A DNA stretch of 64,000 nt from Lama glama (GCA_028534125.1 CM052832.1:10294001-10358000); one strand, 5' to 3'. Positions 1-12,902 are shown, counted from the stretch's first letter. The notes: a model not told the origin generated them from the sequence alone. Made by a program: numbers and translations.

Positions 1-29
1 TTTCACTATTAAATAACTGTTATTCTTAG

Positions 30-88
30 AAAAGAAATCTGGAGAAGTGGCTGTTCTGAAGAGAGATGGGCGATATATATATTACTTG
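30..88 (+). CDS. OARD1: OARD1 (TARG1/C6orf130, O-acyl-ADP-ribose deacylase, macrodomain) internal coding exon
   Basis: ttcttag acceptor ends at 29 and GTAAG donor starts at 89. Translates (Q)[19 protein letters not shown], identical to recalled human OARD1. Upstream exons lie outside the window. Confidence 0.95.
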
Positions 89-1076
89 GTAAGATGGGGC
101 CAATGCTTAATATGTTCTAAGGGTTGGTAAACAGATAGGCTGCATTACGTTTGTGTCGATCCACTCCAGACAACCAAAGATGTTAAAAAGCTGACCTCGT
201 GCCAACTCAGATCAATGGTGGTGGCTATTTGGTGCACTGGGTTGGAAAGGAGCAACAGGCTGCACCCCGGCTCCATAGGAAAGAGTACTGTGATATTCAC
301 CAAAGACTTAGGTTGTAAGACTTGCAAAAGTTAGGGACGCCTTCCATACTTTAATTACTTCCTAGTCTTAGTGAGATAGAGACAATAAAGTCTCAAGAAT
401 GAGAGTTTTTCCTCTCATTCTTCCGTATCAAATGCATTGCCAAGTAATACTCGGTCCTTTCCTGCCTGCTGCCTCAATGTGGGATCCTTCCACTGTCCAA
501 ATGGTCTTCTGCCCCAGAAAGAGTGTGGTTTCTTGGTGATGGTGCCGGGTGACGTATAGCCCAACTCACTATAAGCTCACTGAGTGGGGATGTATCCTAG
601 CCTCTTTCAATGCTGTCTTTAAGGCTGCTGTGAATTCTTATCTTGTTTGAAATGCTACCAGTTTCTCACTGTTCTTTTGTAGAGAAACCAAAAGCAAGCA
701 CAGTTTCTAAATAAATAGACTTAACAGAAAATTTTTAGGAGCTATGGGTTCTTCCTTGTTACTGATATGCAGCTTATCTATTGGAAGTGACTTTTACCTA
801 CCTTGCTTAAAAACAAATGATGGGTGCACCTGCTAATCTCCTGGGTTTCTTGGGAAAAGGAAATATTATATGGCAGTGTCTGGGTTTCTCAGGCCCTATT
901 CAGTGGATTTCCCCTCCCATCACTGGAAGGGGCAGTATGACATTTGCCTTCCCTGCTCTAGACTATTCTATAAAAATATGCTTATTTTAATTATCAGGAT
1001 GTTGGGAGAATGTGATGATTTTTCTTTGGCTATCATTTTGAACTAATAAAAGTTTGAATTCATTCCTTGTACTCAG

Positions 1077-1189
1077 ATTACGAAGAAAAGGGCTTCACAC
1101 AAGCCAACTTATGAAAACTTACAGAAGAGTTTAGAAGCCATGAAGTCCCACTGTCTGAAGAATGGAGTCACTGACCTCTCTATGCCCAG
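1077..1189 (+). CDS. OARD1: OARD1 penultimate coding exon
   Basis: actcag acceptor. Translates [37 protein letters not shown](R). Ends AG|gcaagg, a GC donor. Confidence 0.95.
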
Positions 1190-2248
1190 GCAAGGAAATC
1201 CAGGGCCCTAAATGAAGACTTATTGATGAGATTTACTTTCTTACCCAAAAGCAAATGACTTAAAAGCTTAACTTAACCCAAAATACTGACTTAAGGGTAG
1301 ACAGATTTCAAAACATTAAGAAATTCTAAGTAAACCAGTTGTCAGATCTTAGGCCAGGCCATTCCTATTTTTTAGTTTGGGTTGAATCAATCAGGATGAC
1401 TAAAACACAGTCCTGCCTCAGCTTACTTAGTAGTGGTGAACCATAATTCAGTCCCATTTGTTGAATTCTGGGCATCCTCTGCCTGAAGCTTAGCATCTAT
1501 TCTTGAAGCAATGTAAGTTAAAGAACTAAGACTGAACAATTGTGATTTCCCTCTGGGCCATTTCAGGTGTTCCAAACCTGTTAATTCTGTGTGAAGGAAA
1601 TTGTTATCACTGTGTTTTATACTGCATGCTTGTTTGTGTTCAGCGTGGATAGTAGCCAGAGAATATCACCCTGATATAACATCTTAGATCCTTCCTAGAT
1701 ATTAGGAATTTAAGGGACTGATGTTGGGGGTTCAGTCTCCCTTTTGTTTCCTTTTTCAGGAAGTAGGCTTTGAGGTCCCTTCTCTTCCTGTCAGACTAGT
1801 TTTGAGTCAGTGCTGACCATGTATGCAGGTTTATTCCAAGCCCCAAGTTACTTATGAATGTGGCTATAGGGTTCCTCATCTTACCTGGGTCTTTAATACA
1901 TTCATGGCTTGTGTACCAGAAACTGTTTTTTTGTGGGTTTTTTAATCACAGTTTTTTCAGGGGCTTCCCACATTATACAAAATTAGCAATTTTAAGCCTA
2001 TTTTCCCTAGGGATATTAAGGATCAATAAAGTAACATCTTGGAAGAAAGGTGCTAGGTAGTAGGAGTTTTGTGGGCTTACTGAGGTTTCTCACCAGGGTG
2101 TTGCAGAGATCTAAATTACAATCAACTTGGCATTTCCCAACCTTCCATCTTGACTTCCTGTTTGCAAAGACGCTGTCCTTTGTCATTCTCCTTTTTATCT
2201 TCCTTAACGTTTCATTATCATAACTGTATTTTTTAAATACCAACTTTT

Positions 2249-2334
2249 GGGGGGAGGGATATAGCTCAGTGGTAGAGTGCATGCTTAGAATGCATGAGAT
2301 CCTGGGTTCAATCTCCAGTCAATTTATTAAAAAA
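2249..2334 (+). mobile_element. tRNA-Ala-derived camelid SINE (Vic-1 type)
   Basis: GGGGAGGGATATAGCTCAGTGGTAGAG...GGTTCAATC with A and B boxes and an A/T-rich tail. The same family recurs at 33858, 37311 and 43861. Confidence 0.85.
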
Positions 2335-2712
2335 ATTTTTTTTCCTATCATCCACCCACAGCTAGTTTTCATCAGTAGAAATAGAAGGATGGTGAGTTCT
2401 TCCATGTCACTTCATGGCAGAGTTATGCATTTCTGAATGTAGCCTGAAATAATTGGGAAGTGGCACTTAGGCAAAAAAGAAGTGACAGCTATTGGATGTT
2501 AGAGCTGTCTAGAAAGCAGCCTTAGGTGTCTCACAATAGGAATTAACTTCCAAACTCCCACCATGGCTGTCTGTAGGTATGAGATGAGATAATTTGTCCT
2601 TAAGCTTTGGGTGGATGCAGCCTAAAGGAAGAGGGAAGAAGTGATACCTAGAAGGATCCTAGATACCTAGATACCTTCATCACAACCAGTGGGGATGTTT
2701 TGTCTTTTTCAG

Positions 2713-2815
2713 GATTGGTTGTGGTCTTGATCGTCTACAATGGGAACATGTATCTGCGATGATTGAGGAGGTGTTTGAGGCAACAGACATCAAGATTACT
2801 GTGTACACACTCTGA
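2713..2815 (+). CDS. OARD1: OARD1 last coding exon
   Basis: tttttcag acceptor. Translates (R)[37 protein letters not shown] (TGA 2813-2815). The macrodomain GCGLD motif is intact. Confidence 0.95.
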
Positions 2816-3117
2816 ACAGATAAGCATGTGGATGTGTCCACATTCTGTGTCATCTGTGTGGGGCCATACGACTGAGCAAACTGTCCTTAAAATGGTTAGA
2901 GGAAAGTTTCATGGGAAGTAGTCTATGTCACAGGCCAGACTTGGGTTGATTCCCATGATTGGACTGGGACTCTGGAGGAGGGATTTCTTGGGAAATGTTG
3001 CTGGTAATTTTTTTTTTCAGTAAGGTAAGTAGAAGATGGCCTGATATTAGGTGGGGAAACCAAATGTTGGGCCTATGACCCCTATTTTGCTCTGGATGCT
3101 ACTTGATTTGTTTGGCT

Positions 3118-3136
3118 TGCCACTAGGTGGCAGCAT
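3118..3136 (+). promoter_or_regulatory. CTCF-binding motif
   Basis: tgCCACTAGGTGGCAGca matches the CTCF core consensus CCASYAGRKGGCRS with no mismatch. Confidence 0.65.
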
Positions 3137-3341
3137 TGCTTCTACTTCTCTGCTGTTAAGAGAACTTTAAGGAAGGATGAACATTCCAGTTAATTTTGCA
3201 TCTTATGTCATTTGTGCACTTACTTGGTATTATCCTTATGTCATCATATTCATCCTAGGAGAGAATTGTTGGTTTGGTTTTGTTTAAATTACAGAAAGTT
3301 TTATGTTGTTAGTGAGGAATTTGTGGTGTTAAGAATGGAAA

Positions 3342-3347
3342 AATAAA
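3342..3347 (+). terminator. OARD1: Probable OARD1 polyadenylation signal
   Basis: AATAAA ~530 nt after the stop codon, followed by a GT-rich downstream element (gggggtgtcc...tgtctgtgttgttct). Confidence 0.65.
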
Positions 3348-5299
3348 TACCTTTTGAGGGGGTGTCCAGTGAGGTTCTGTGCACATGTCTGTGTTGTTCT
3401 GAATTTGGGTAATGGAGGATTCACTTGTAACTTAATTTGGAGGAGTCAGATAGAGGGTCCAGTAGGAAGAAAAGCATGATGAGAAATAAGAAATCAGAAT
3501 GGGCAAGAACTGTGGGTCAGCATACTGGAATGGTAGGTTTTTAGAATCTCCTCATGGTGAACTCTTGCTCTCTTCTGTCCACTACATAGTTTCTGTGATT
3601 GAACCTCTCTGAATTCAGTCATGAAACCAATGAAATAATATATGTTAAATACCTGGCAAAGTTCCTAGTGTAGAGTAATGACTCAGTAAATCAGTGGTAC
3701 TCAACAAAATCCATTTGAATCTTCTTAAAAAAGTAAAGGTCCACTTTGTCCAAAAAGAATTCTAAATTGGTAGTGGGGGTGGAGGGGGAGAGAGTGTCCA
3801 GGTTTCTTTGTGTTTTTAAGCTCCAGAGGATTCTGATGTGTAGCCAGCTGGAATCAGAAACAGTAACTATTAGTCCCCTTTTCTAAGCTAGGAGAGCAGT
3901 GCTTTGTCCACTCTTGATTTCATGGTGGAAGAATAAAGTTCATGGATTCAGCCAGTGGTTCAGTATCAGAGGTATGGGGGAAATGAGTGGAGTATTTTTT
4001 TCCCCTTACTGAGGTGATAAGAGTTCAAACAGACAGACCTATTGATTTTTCTCCCTAGAGTGGATTCTGGGTCTGTCATAGGACTTGCTGCTTCCCCAAG
4101 TGGAAAAGAACTGGATTTAAAAAAAAAGGGGGGGCTTGTTGAAACACCAGGAAAGCACTGGTTAATTATAATCTTTGTACTTTAGACTTGTGTTCTTATC
4201 ACATTTCAGCCTGATATGAGGCAGCAGTTTCAAAAAGTATTTCACTTCTTTTGTATCTCTATGTGTAACAGATGAGTTCTCCACACGGTTAGGGTAGGGG
4301 CAGTGCAAGGGGCAAGTTCACTGTCAAACTTTTAAGACAGGCTTTTCTTCCATCTTTGTTTCTGTCCACATACAGTAAAATTGAAGGGGAAAAAAAGGGA
4401 GAGAATATCTACACAAAACTGGAAATGAGAGTGGGATGATAAGAAATTTAAAGTATCTTGCTTAACAATGCAAGTAACTCTTAACACTGGGTCAAAACAT
4501 TGGCTTTCTAGGCCGCTTCCACATTTAAAGGGTTTAAGGTTAATTTTTTTCATGGAGTATGAGCCTCACTCATGTTTCTTTTTTGTGGTTTTGTGGAGGT
4601 CTGGGTGTAAGTGGAATTCAGCAGGGAAATGATAAAGTGCTTTGTCACTTGCAGCTAGTCTTGGGGTCAAATTCCAATGACTTATCACACTTAAAGCCTG
4701 GGGAAAGGAGGCATGGCCTGATAATCAGAATGAACACATTATTCCTGGAAACTAGTTAGAGTTTGGCAAACACCCAGAAATTCTCATGTGAAATTCTGTT
4801 TCTACATAGGACTCAAACAAACCTTTTAGGAAATGAGACTTTTGGCATCAGTCTGCCATCATCATCAAGAACCACATGCTGACTAATCTTACTGTATCTG
4901 AACATTGAAACCCTCCTACTTCTCACCCTGTCTTCTTTAATCAAGAGGCTAACTGCTTATGAATCGGCATTTGGGATGTTTATCTACCTTATAAACAGAT
5001 TTTCTGTGCCTTTTGTTTCATTCTCTGCTGTATTCCTGGTCTTCAGAGGAGGGAAAAGACATTCATTTACAAGTAATCACAGAAGAAAATATTTTATGAG
5101 GGTCAAGACCAATGTGTGAAGTCCACGTGGGAGAGTTCGTATTCCCTGTGTTGCCTAGCCAAGTCCTTGTTTAAGCCTCCCTCCCAGTTTATAGAATGTC
5201 ATGGCTTGGTTCAGAGCCTCGGACATCCCTATTTCTGGGACTTGCTCACTGTCCATAGTAACTTCTAAACGTACAAGTTCTTTAAAAAACCTGGTCACA

Positions 5300-5717
5300 G
5301 AAAGACCACACCACCTCTTTTATTAATGTTGCTGTTTTTCTTTCTTAAAAAAAACTCAACAAAATGCATTTCTGGACATATTTCAAAGATCTGTGCGGAC
5401 CTGGGGTCTCAGGCCCTTTGCTGTAAGCAGCCCAACTGAGGGACTAACGAGGACCTTCAACCCACAGATGCCTGGTGCCCATATATGGTTGTCACTTCTC
5501 TCCTTGCAGCTCACTTTCCTCTTTCCCAAGAACAGCCTTAGAGGGAGAGGCACAGCTTAAATGATTAACAGCAAAAGTGTATTTTGAGTCCTCGGAGGGC
5601 CTCGTGCAGTAGGATTGGTTGATTGTCGAATGTTGTCCAGCTCCAAGTGGTTAGGAAGTCAGGCATGTCCCAGATGGCCATACGTGTCACTGCTCTCTCT
5701 TGGTGGCAGCAGGCAGC
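5300..5717 (-). other. APOBEC2: APOBEC2 exon 3 (non-coding, 3'UTR)
   Basis: On the minus strand a polypyrimidine tract (T12) and taag| acceptor at 5719-5718. Sequence gctgcctgctgccaccaagagagagcagtgac... resembles the recalled human APOBEC2 3'UTR. AATAAA (minus) at 5324-5319 is followed by a GU-rich element. The 3' end is approximate. Confidence 0.8.
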
Positions 5718-8153
5718 CTTAGTGAAAAAAAAAAAAGCGTGTTACTGAGAGCCCTGCTGGCCCCAAACAATGAGGAGTTTTCGTTTTGAGCAAGGGTTTC
5801 TGTGTGCCTTCCCCAACAAGTGCCTAAATTTCTCCTCCACAGTCTCTTGTGATTCTGGTTTATTCAGGATTGAGTTTGTTTTATTCATCTTTTGGTGTGC
5901 TTCACACAAAGAAAGCTCCAGAAGAGATCTACTTTCACTTGGTTCTCTTGAGTTAAATATATGGTTAAATCCTCTGTCATTTTTTAAAAAGATAGAATAA
6001 ATATGAGACAAATTTTCTTTAACAAATGTCCATTTCTTAGGAATATTTTAATTAAGCAGAGTTCTTTGGGGCTTTTAGACTACAACTTGATTTCATACCT
6101 TTTTTTTTTTTTTTAAGCTTCCTGCGTTTTTAACCTTTCCCTTCAGGAACACGAGGTACTCAAGTAGAATACAGGGAAGCATGTTAATGGGTCCAGATAA
6201 TATGGTTATGTATGCTAATGGAAGGAGGCTTACAATGTGGGACATGTACAATAATGTTTTATTTAAAAATAATTTGACTTAGGAATGGACTTTTCCCTCA
6301 GACTGATTTATCTATTTTACTTCTGTTTAGATTAGCGTAATATACAATCTCAATTATCCAAAATTAAAAGCTCTTTTAATCCTCCTTTAAATGCTTAATT
6401 TTTATAGCAGATTTAGCTATTTAATTATTTGACTTAATGGAAAACACACACACATCTCTGAAGTCTTGCCAGTTTGGCAGCTGGAAGAAGTGGCCCGTGA
6501 CTCTGAAAGTCTTCTTTCAGAGTTCTGAATGTTTAAGAAGAAAGTATATGCGTTAAAATTAAGCTATCATTCTGCAGAATCTATGTAGGGTGTCTCATTA
6601 CAGTGATAGTCCCTACACTAATAAAATCTTCAAGGAATTTAAAAGTTAATTTTGTGTTTTCAGAGGTCACCCCTAGAAATCTGTTTTTATTACTACTCAC
6701 CACCACTCAGAGTGGTGTCTTATTTTATGTGAGCAAAGTACTAAGTGGCATTATCCAACCATATTCTCACTGATTTCAGTTCCTGGGTCCTGCTTTTTGT
6801 AGGAAATGGCTGCAAATTGTGTCTTCATGGGTTGGCGAGTGCTCAGCTGGGTAATTACCAGGCACCCTGTGTGCATATCTATCAGCAAACACCTGCCAAC
6901 ATCAAGCTCTGGAACATTGATATTTCCAGAACATGTCCATGAAGTGACATCATTTCTTTAGAGTATTAAGAGTGAAAGACACCAAATTTTTTTTTTTTTA
7001 CATCTTCATGGAAGCATGCTGCTTTCATGTTTTATTAATACGCGTGTTGTTCCAGAATGAAAGTTGCATAAGAGGTGAAGACCCTTTCTCTGTACAGGAA
7101 AATTTTGATCAGTAACTCAGGTCTTGTAAAGGGACTTAGTCATAGCAGTTCTGTGGGAGCAACCTAGATCAGACCAACTTCAAAAGGAGATAGTAAAGGA
7201 TCCTTTACCCTCTTTCCTGAGAGTAGTCGGCCCGTTTCTCTGACAGTCTAATTTACCCTCAGCAAGAGGCCAAATTGGCCTTAATTGTGTCCTAATTTGC
7301 TTAAACAGTTCATCTTTACTTCCAGTTCTCCTATTCCATCTTCTGTCTGTAGGAGGCTAGTTCTGAGCTGCTGCCTAATTTGCAGACATCTTTTTATCCC
7401 TTTAAACATTTCTTTGTAGAAGAACTAGTTGCTGTGTTATCTCCATTCCTGCATTCAGCACTTTTCTCCGAGTTCTGCTGAGGTCTTCTTAACTTAAGAG
7501 AAGTGTTCTTGCATTGTACATTCACACAGCAATTATTGGTCTCCCTCAAAGTGGAACTATTTGCCTGGAAACATGAAAGCTTCTTTGGTCCCCCAAAAGT
7601 TGATTACAGATCCATTTGGGGACTTTGGAAAGTATGAAAAATGAAAAAAGAAAATACCCCTTTTCATACCCCTGAAGGAATGAAAAATTGCATTAGAGAA
7701 AAATGGAATGGTAAGGTTGCAAATGGGGGTAGGGTAGACATCTAGAAGGTGTATGTGGACATGGGGACATGCTTAGGGGGTTGAAATATCTTCTCTGCTG
7801 TTGAGTAACAGGTCCTTGCACCGTCTAAATCTCATTACAGAAGTCATTCTACCTCATCAAAGCTTCTGGGTTGCTGTCACCCTTGAGCATTCCAAGTGAT
7901 GGTTTGATACAAAAGTCAGTTTGATAGAAAAGGGTAGGAGAGAAAAGGATTTAGGGAGAGGAATTTAGAGGAAAGATAAAAGACGGCAGGATATTCTAAA
8001 AATATTTTTGCACCTAAGCAAAAGCAGAGAAATGAAATTCTTTCAAAGGAAAATCAAACAAACCACTCACACTGCCTGACCTCAAGCTTTAACCCAGGTT
8101 AACAGTGAAAAGAGTGATGGTGTCATGACTCACGTGAGGCTGAGCCCAGTCGC

Positions 8154-8697
8154 CTACTTCAGGATGTCCGCCAGTTTCTCCTCGTAGTACAGGAAGTTCT
8201 CCTGAATGTCCTCCCAGGGCTCAAAGGCCTTGGATTCGCCCTCTTCTTGCTCCACAAAATTCTGCCAGACGTACTCGAAGTCCTGGGGCTTCATGATGCG
8301 CAGCTTGCAGCCTGCCTCCTTCAGCTTCCTCAGAGCCGCCTGGATCTCGGGCTCCTCCCACATGAAGAGCCGCCCCACCAGGATGAGCAGGCGCAGGTTC
8401 TTGGTCTTGTTGAGGGTTTTGATGATGCGGTCAGCGCAGGCCGCACAGGGGCTGGAGGACACGTACCAGGTAACGATGTACCGCAGTGCGGGGTCGAAGG
8501 TTGGCATGATGGTGTTGAAGAAGGCTTCCTCCGCATGAGCCGCGGCGTGCTCGTCCTCTAGGTATCCCCGTGTTGCCTGCACTTGGCCTCCCTTGCTCTG
8601 CGCTTCCACCACATAGCAGAGGAAGGTCTTGTTCCGCCCGGAGCTGTACTCCACATTCCGGAACTGAAACTTAAAGAAATTGACCGGCAGCCGCTCC
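8154..8697 (-). CDS. APOBEC2: APOBEC2 coding exon 2 (cytidine-deaminase fold)
   Basis: Acceptor cccacag| at 8698. Translates (G)ERLPVNFFKFQFRNVEYSSGRNKTFLCY...HAEEAFF...SSSPCAAC...EKLADILK-TAG. The zinc-binding HAE and PCxxC motifs are intact. The exon continues as UTR to 8134, then a GTGAGT donor. Confidence 0.98.
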
Positions 8698-8984
8698 CTG
8701 TGGGTCAGGGAGACAAAGGCACAGGGAAGGAGAGAGAACGATGAATTCTTGCTCGAGGACTAGCCTGGTGTAGGTCGCTCTCCAAAATCAGTACCTTGGA
8801 GGCACATTCACTCTTACTATTAAGACAGGCCTTGCCTACACTAACAGCAGTGACAGAAAGGCACAAAAGAATCCAAAAGGGTTTGTCTAAAGAAGAGAGA
8901 ATTTGGGGTGAGGTGTGCACCCTGGACACCCTATTAGGATGGGTCCCCGAACACTCCGCCATCATTCTCAGCACGCAGCACACT

Positions 8985-9170
8985 CCCACATTTCTGAATC
9001 TGACTCTTTACTCTGGCTGTACATTAGAATCCCCTTGAGGACTCTACAAATGTCCGTGCCAGGGCCCCACACCAAACCAGTGAAATCAGAACATCTGGAG
9101 GGGGCCAGGCATCAGCATTTTAAAACTCGCCACATGATTCTAGTATGTGGCCAGGTGTGAGGAGCAGTGT
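8985..9170. mobile_element. MER5A-like hAT-Charlie DNA transposon fossil
   Basis: ctggctgtacattagaatc...aaatcagaacatctggaggg...cagcattttaaaactc...tgattcta resembles the MER5A consensus. Similar copies at ~22375-22500, 22930-23060, 28000-28125 and 44960-45060. Confidence 0.65.
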
Positions 9171-10410
9171 TCAAATAGTAATTGTCCAAAGCGGCAAATG
9201 TGAAAACGCTCAAGACAGAGCAAGACAAAGATGTTGCAGAAGGTTTCATGCTTTCATTTCTCCTGCTCGTCACTCATGTATACTGCTTCTTAGGCATGGG
9301 ATGGCCTAAACCTTGCAGTCCCAGGCTCTCCTGATGACTTTCTCAGGTCTGTCTTTTCCCTCAGGTGAAAGTGTTGTCACGTAAGTGATCAAGAATGTTT
9401 ATCTTTGAGGCCAGACTACCTAAGGATACCTTCAAAGGAGTTAGCGTGTGTATAGTACTGAGTCGTTTCAAAATCATAAAAGACTTGGCCTCTCTTCTCC
9501 AGATGCTTATTACCTAGCAGCTACATTCTGTCTGGACAGAGAAGATGTAAATAAGACAGCTGAGAACAGTTGTAGACTACTAAAAATAAAGATGTAGAGT
9601 GCAGGACACATGATGGAGGCTCTTGAAAGTTTAGCCTTGATTCAGGAGGCAGTAGAGAATTGTTACAGGTTCCTGAGTAAAGAAGGGTATAATGAAGGTC
9701 CACGGCAGAGTGCTGTGATGGCTTTAGGCAGATAGAGTGAAGCTGGGGAAAGCCTGAAATTTAGGCTTTTCCCTTGGTGTCCTAGGACACCAGACTTGGT
9801 GATGAATATATCCAGTGGCTTTAAGGGGAGATGGACGATTAGGAAATGAAAGCAGTAGAAAAAGGCCAGGTGTTTTGAAAAATTTAGTAGTAATAAGGTG
9901 AGAAAAAAAGGAGAGAGGCTAGAGAGAGCATCAGAGCTGAACACTGTTTTTCTCTTTATGAGTATGTGCTTGTTTTTCTAAAATAAGGAAGATTTGTGCC
10001 AAGAGGCCAAAGAGAATGAAGAGGCTATGACGGGAGAGATTGAAAAGGTCAGAAGGAGAGGCTGAATGTTTTCTTTTAAAAATGTAATCATCCCTGTGGT
10101 TGCCCCAGAAGGTGCCCTGTGGTAACCAGTAACTGTGCTCTTGCTTCCTTACACCCCTTCCCTTCCCCCAGGGAGGTCACCCAACTCTTTGGGCTGCAGG
10201 GGGATCCCTGGTATCCCAGGGCCTTGGCTTCTTAGGTATAAGCAGCAGGTGCCAAAGCGCTGAGTAAACTTGAGCTGTTTCCCTGCAGTCCTCCCCTCCC
10301 GCATCACCAGATTTTCTCTACCCAGATTCCTGTGTCCCTTGCTGTCAGATTAAGGTTCCACTGCGGAGATGGATGTGTTTGGGGACCCAGCCCTGGGATT
10401 CCTTCAGGGA

Positions 10411-10420
10411 CTATATTTAG
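10411..10420. promoter_or_regulatory. MEF2 site in APOBEC2 intron 1
   Basis: CTATATTTAG is a perfect YTA(W)4TAR. E-box CAGGTG at 10246-10251 and forkhead TGTTTAC at 10459-10465. Confidence 0.5.
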
Positions 10421-12902
10421 CTCTCAAAGTCCCTCTGTCCCTGGTTGGATGTGTTTATTGTTTACTTAACATTTGGGGAGAATGGCTGGCCTGATGAGTA
10501 CCCTCTCCTCTTTTGATCCCTGCAGGGAACTCACACTGAGCTCTCTCCACTTAAACTCACCTCACCAGACCACTTGAGAGCGCTGGCCAGTTGCTAAATG
10601 ATATCTTTACTTCCTGGACTGTTTTTTTTTCCCCCACTACGGAGACATACAGAGCTTATTTACCCTTCTTGCTGAAACCGTTTTTTGCTCTTCGAGGCCT
10701 TTTGCCAGACCACCCCCCTCCTTGGGCATGCTCAGAGACTGAGCTTGCTTGGCTTTGCAGTGGGATCCTTGGTCTTCTAGGAGCATAAAAGTTGAATGAG
10801 GCCCTTTGGGGCTCCCACAGACTGAAACAGCCAGGCCCTGGAGGGGCACCAGGAGAACAGGGGTGGTAGAGGTCTGAAATTTCTCCAGAGAGCTAGACAG
10901 CATGGCCATCTTAGGTGATATTGTAGAATCACAAAATATGTCAACACTATTACGCCCACTAGTGGAAGGAAGGAAATAGTGACAGTGATTTTGTAGATAA
11001 TCACAAACATATTTTATTTTTCTGGTGGCATGGTATGCCTGAGTACTGTGGTTACTTATAGCCCTTTACACTCAACCCCAGAAGATATTTTACTGCTAAA
11101 GTAGTGTGTGGGTGTGTGTTGGAGTGGTGGGTAGGAGAGAGATGCTGTTGGTAGTCTTCATCTGGACTCAGTCACCTCTTCAGGCACAGAAACCAACAGC
11201 ATGATTCCTACCCGCTCCCAGCACCTCTTTAAGCACCACTTCCTCATACTTTCTGCAAACAAACATTCACACTTCATCTGCTTAGACCCAGGTTTCTGGG
11301 CATTGCAATTCTCTAGGCAGGAAACCGAGAGTCCTCACGGTGGGGACGATTGTCAGCTTGATGAGAAAGGATGTGAGTTGATGTAATATATATATTTTTC
11401 TCACTTTCACAGTGAAAGGAAGCAACCTGGAGGGCAGTGAAAACTACTTGGAGATTAAACATTTGCTACAAAATAATCCATAGAGTGGAAAATCTACTCA
11501 CAGGTGATTGAGTGTTGACTTGTTTCCGCTTTGCTCACCGAGACCTTTTGTGACCTGCTCGAAAGTGGCAGAATTGCCAGTTTTGGTTTCCTTTTCCATT
11601 TGTCAGACTACTTTTCAAAGTGGATGCTGAGGAGTGGGCATAGAAGGAGTGGAGAGAAGCAGAGAGTTCTAACAGCCTGACTTGCTAGAGCTAAGGAGGG
11701 TTTTGATGGGCTACTGGCTCCTGATTGGCAGTTCTGGATGCGATTCTGCCTGTGGCAAGCCCCGAGGCCACCCTGCTTCCCTGGGAATTACCATCTGTGC
11801 ACGTGAGATTTGACCTTCCCCCAACCCTCAGTGGAGGCCAGGGTGGCCAGAGTCAGTGGCACAAACCTTCTCAGCACCCTTGAGTCTAGTGAGCATTAAG
11901 AATGGTGTCAGAGACCCCTCACTCCTTGCCCAGCCCTTCCCCTCTGAACCCTCACTGTTCCTCACGTGGGTGGAGTAAACTACTGGCGGCTAAAGAAGTG
12001 GTTGAAAGGAGAGTCACTGCCTGTGCGATTCATCTCTGTTCCAGAATAACCCCTTTGATAGCAGGTTCAGCTTTATGTAAAATCACACACAACATAACTA
12101 GAGAGAGACACAGCAAGGGGTGCTGCCAGGCAGAGCTGCAGTCACTCATCACTGGGATGGAGAGATGGAGAGATAGCCTCTTCCGGTGCTCCAGAGCTTC
12201 CCTGAAGCATGCTGAGTTCAGAGGCAGGTGCGAACCAGTGGAATTCTCCTCTGAGCCTAGTGCTGCTGGATCTTCATATATCCTGAACTTCTCTCCTCAA
12301 GAGGCCCTCCCCCAATTAATTCCTTCTTCAAATGCCTGTCAGAGAGCCTACCACACACTAGGTGCTCAATCAGTTGTTCACTTATTTATTCAACAAATAT
12401 TTATTTAGTATCAGTTAAGAGCTGGGTACTATTCTTGGTGCTGTTCTTCAGGGAGAAAGCAGCTAAAAGGCAGAGTCCCTGTCCTCATGGAGGTTAAATA
12501 CTTGTAGGGGGAACGGGCAGCAAATAAATGACTCCTATTCAGAAAATATTTGTTGCATATGACAAGACTTCTCTTTATGGTTTTTTCGATGCAGCTTAGT
12601 GATTTGGATCGGACAGTCTTGGCGTTCACACCCTACTCCATCTGCTAGCTCTGGGCAAATTATTACTCCCTCTGAGGCTTGGTTTCCTCATCGGAAAGAT
12701 AGGTTGAGTAATCCAACCTCTCAGATTTTGAACAATGCTTGACACTTGAGAAATTAAACCTAGAACTGATGGGTGATGCCTTCTCTGGACCCCAAATCTT
12801 ACCCCTCAAGCACTCCTAAACCTGATCCCTCCTCTGCTCTCCCGTTCATGTTCAGAGGGTTCTCTCTTTCAGTGGTGTGCTGGTTTAACACCCAGCTTGC
12901 TG

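Noticed and set aside
2249..2334. tRNA-Ala-like sequences (also 33858, 37311, 43861)
   Set aside because: A-rich tails, TSDs and divergence among copies indicate SINEs, not tRNA genes.
8206..8561. Overlapping ORFs (8206-8538 +, 8247-8561 +, 8330-8536 -) over APOBEC2 exon 2
   Set aside because: These are shadow ORFs of a GC-rich coding exon, with no independent homology or splice context.
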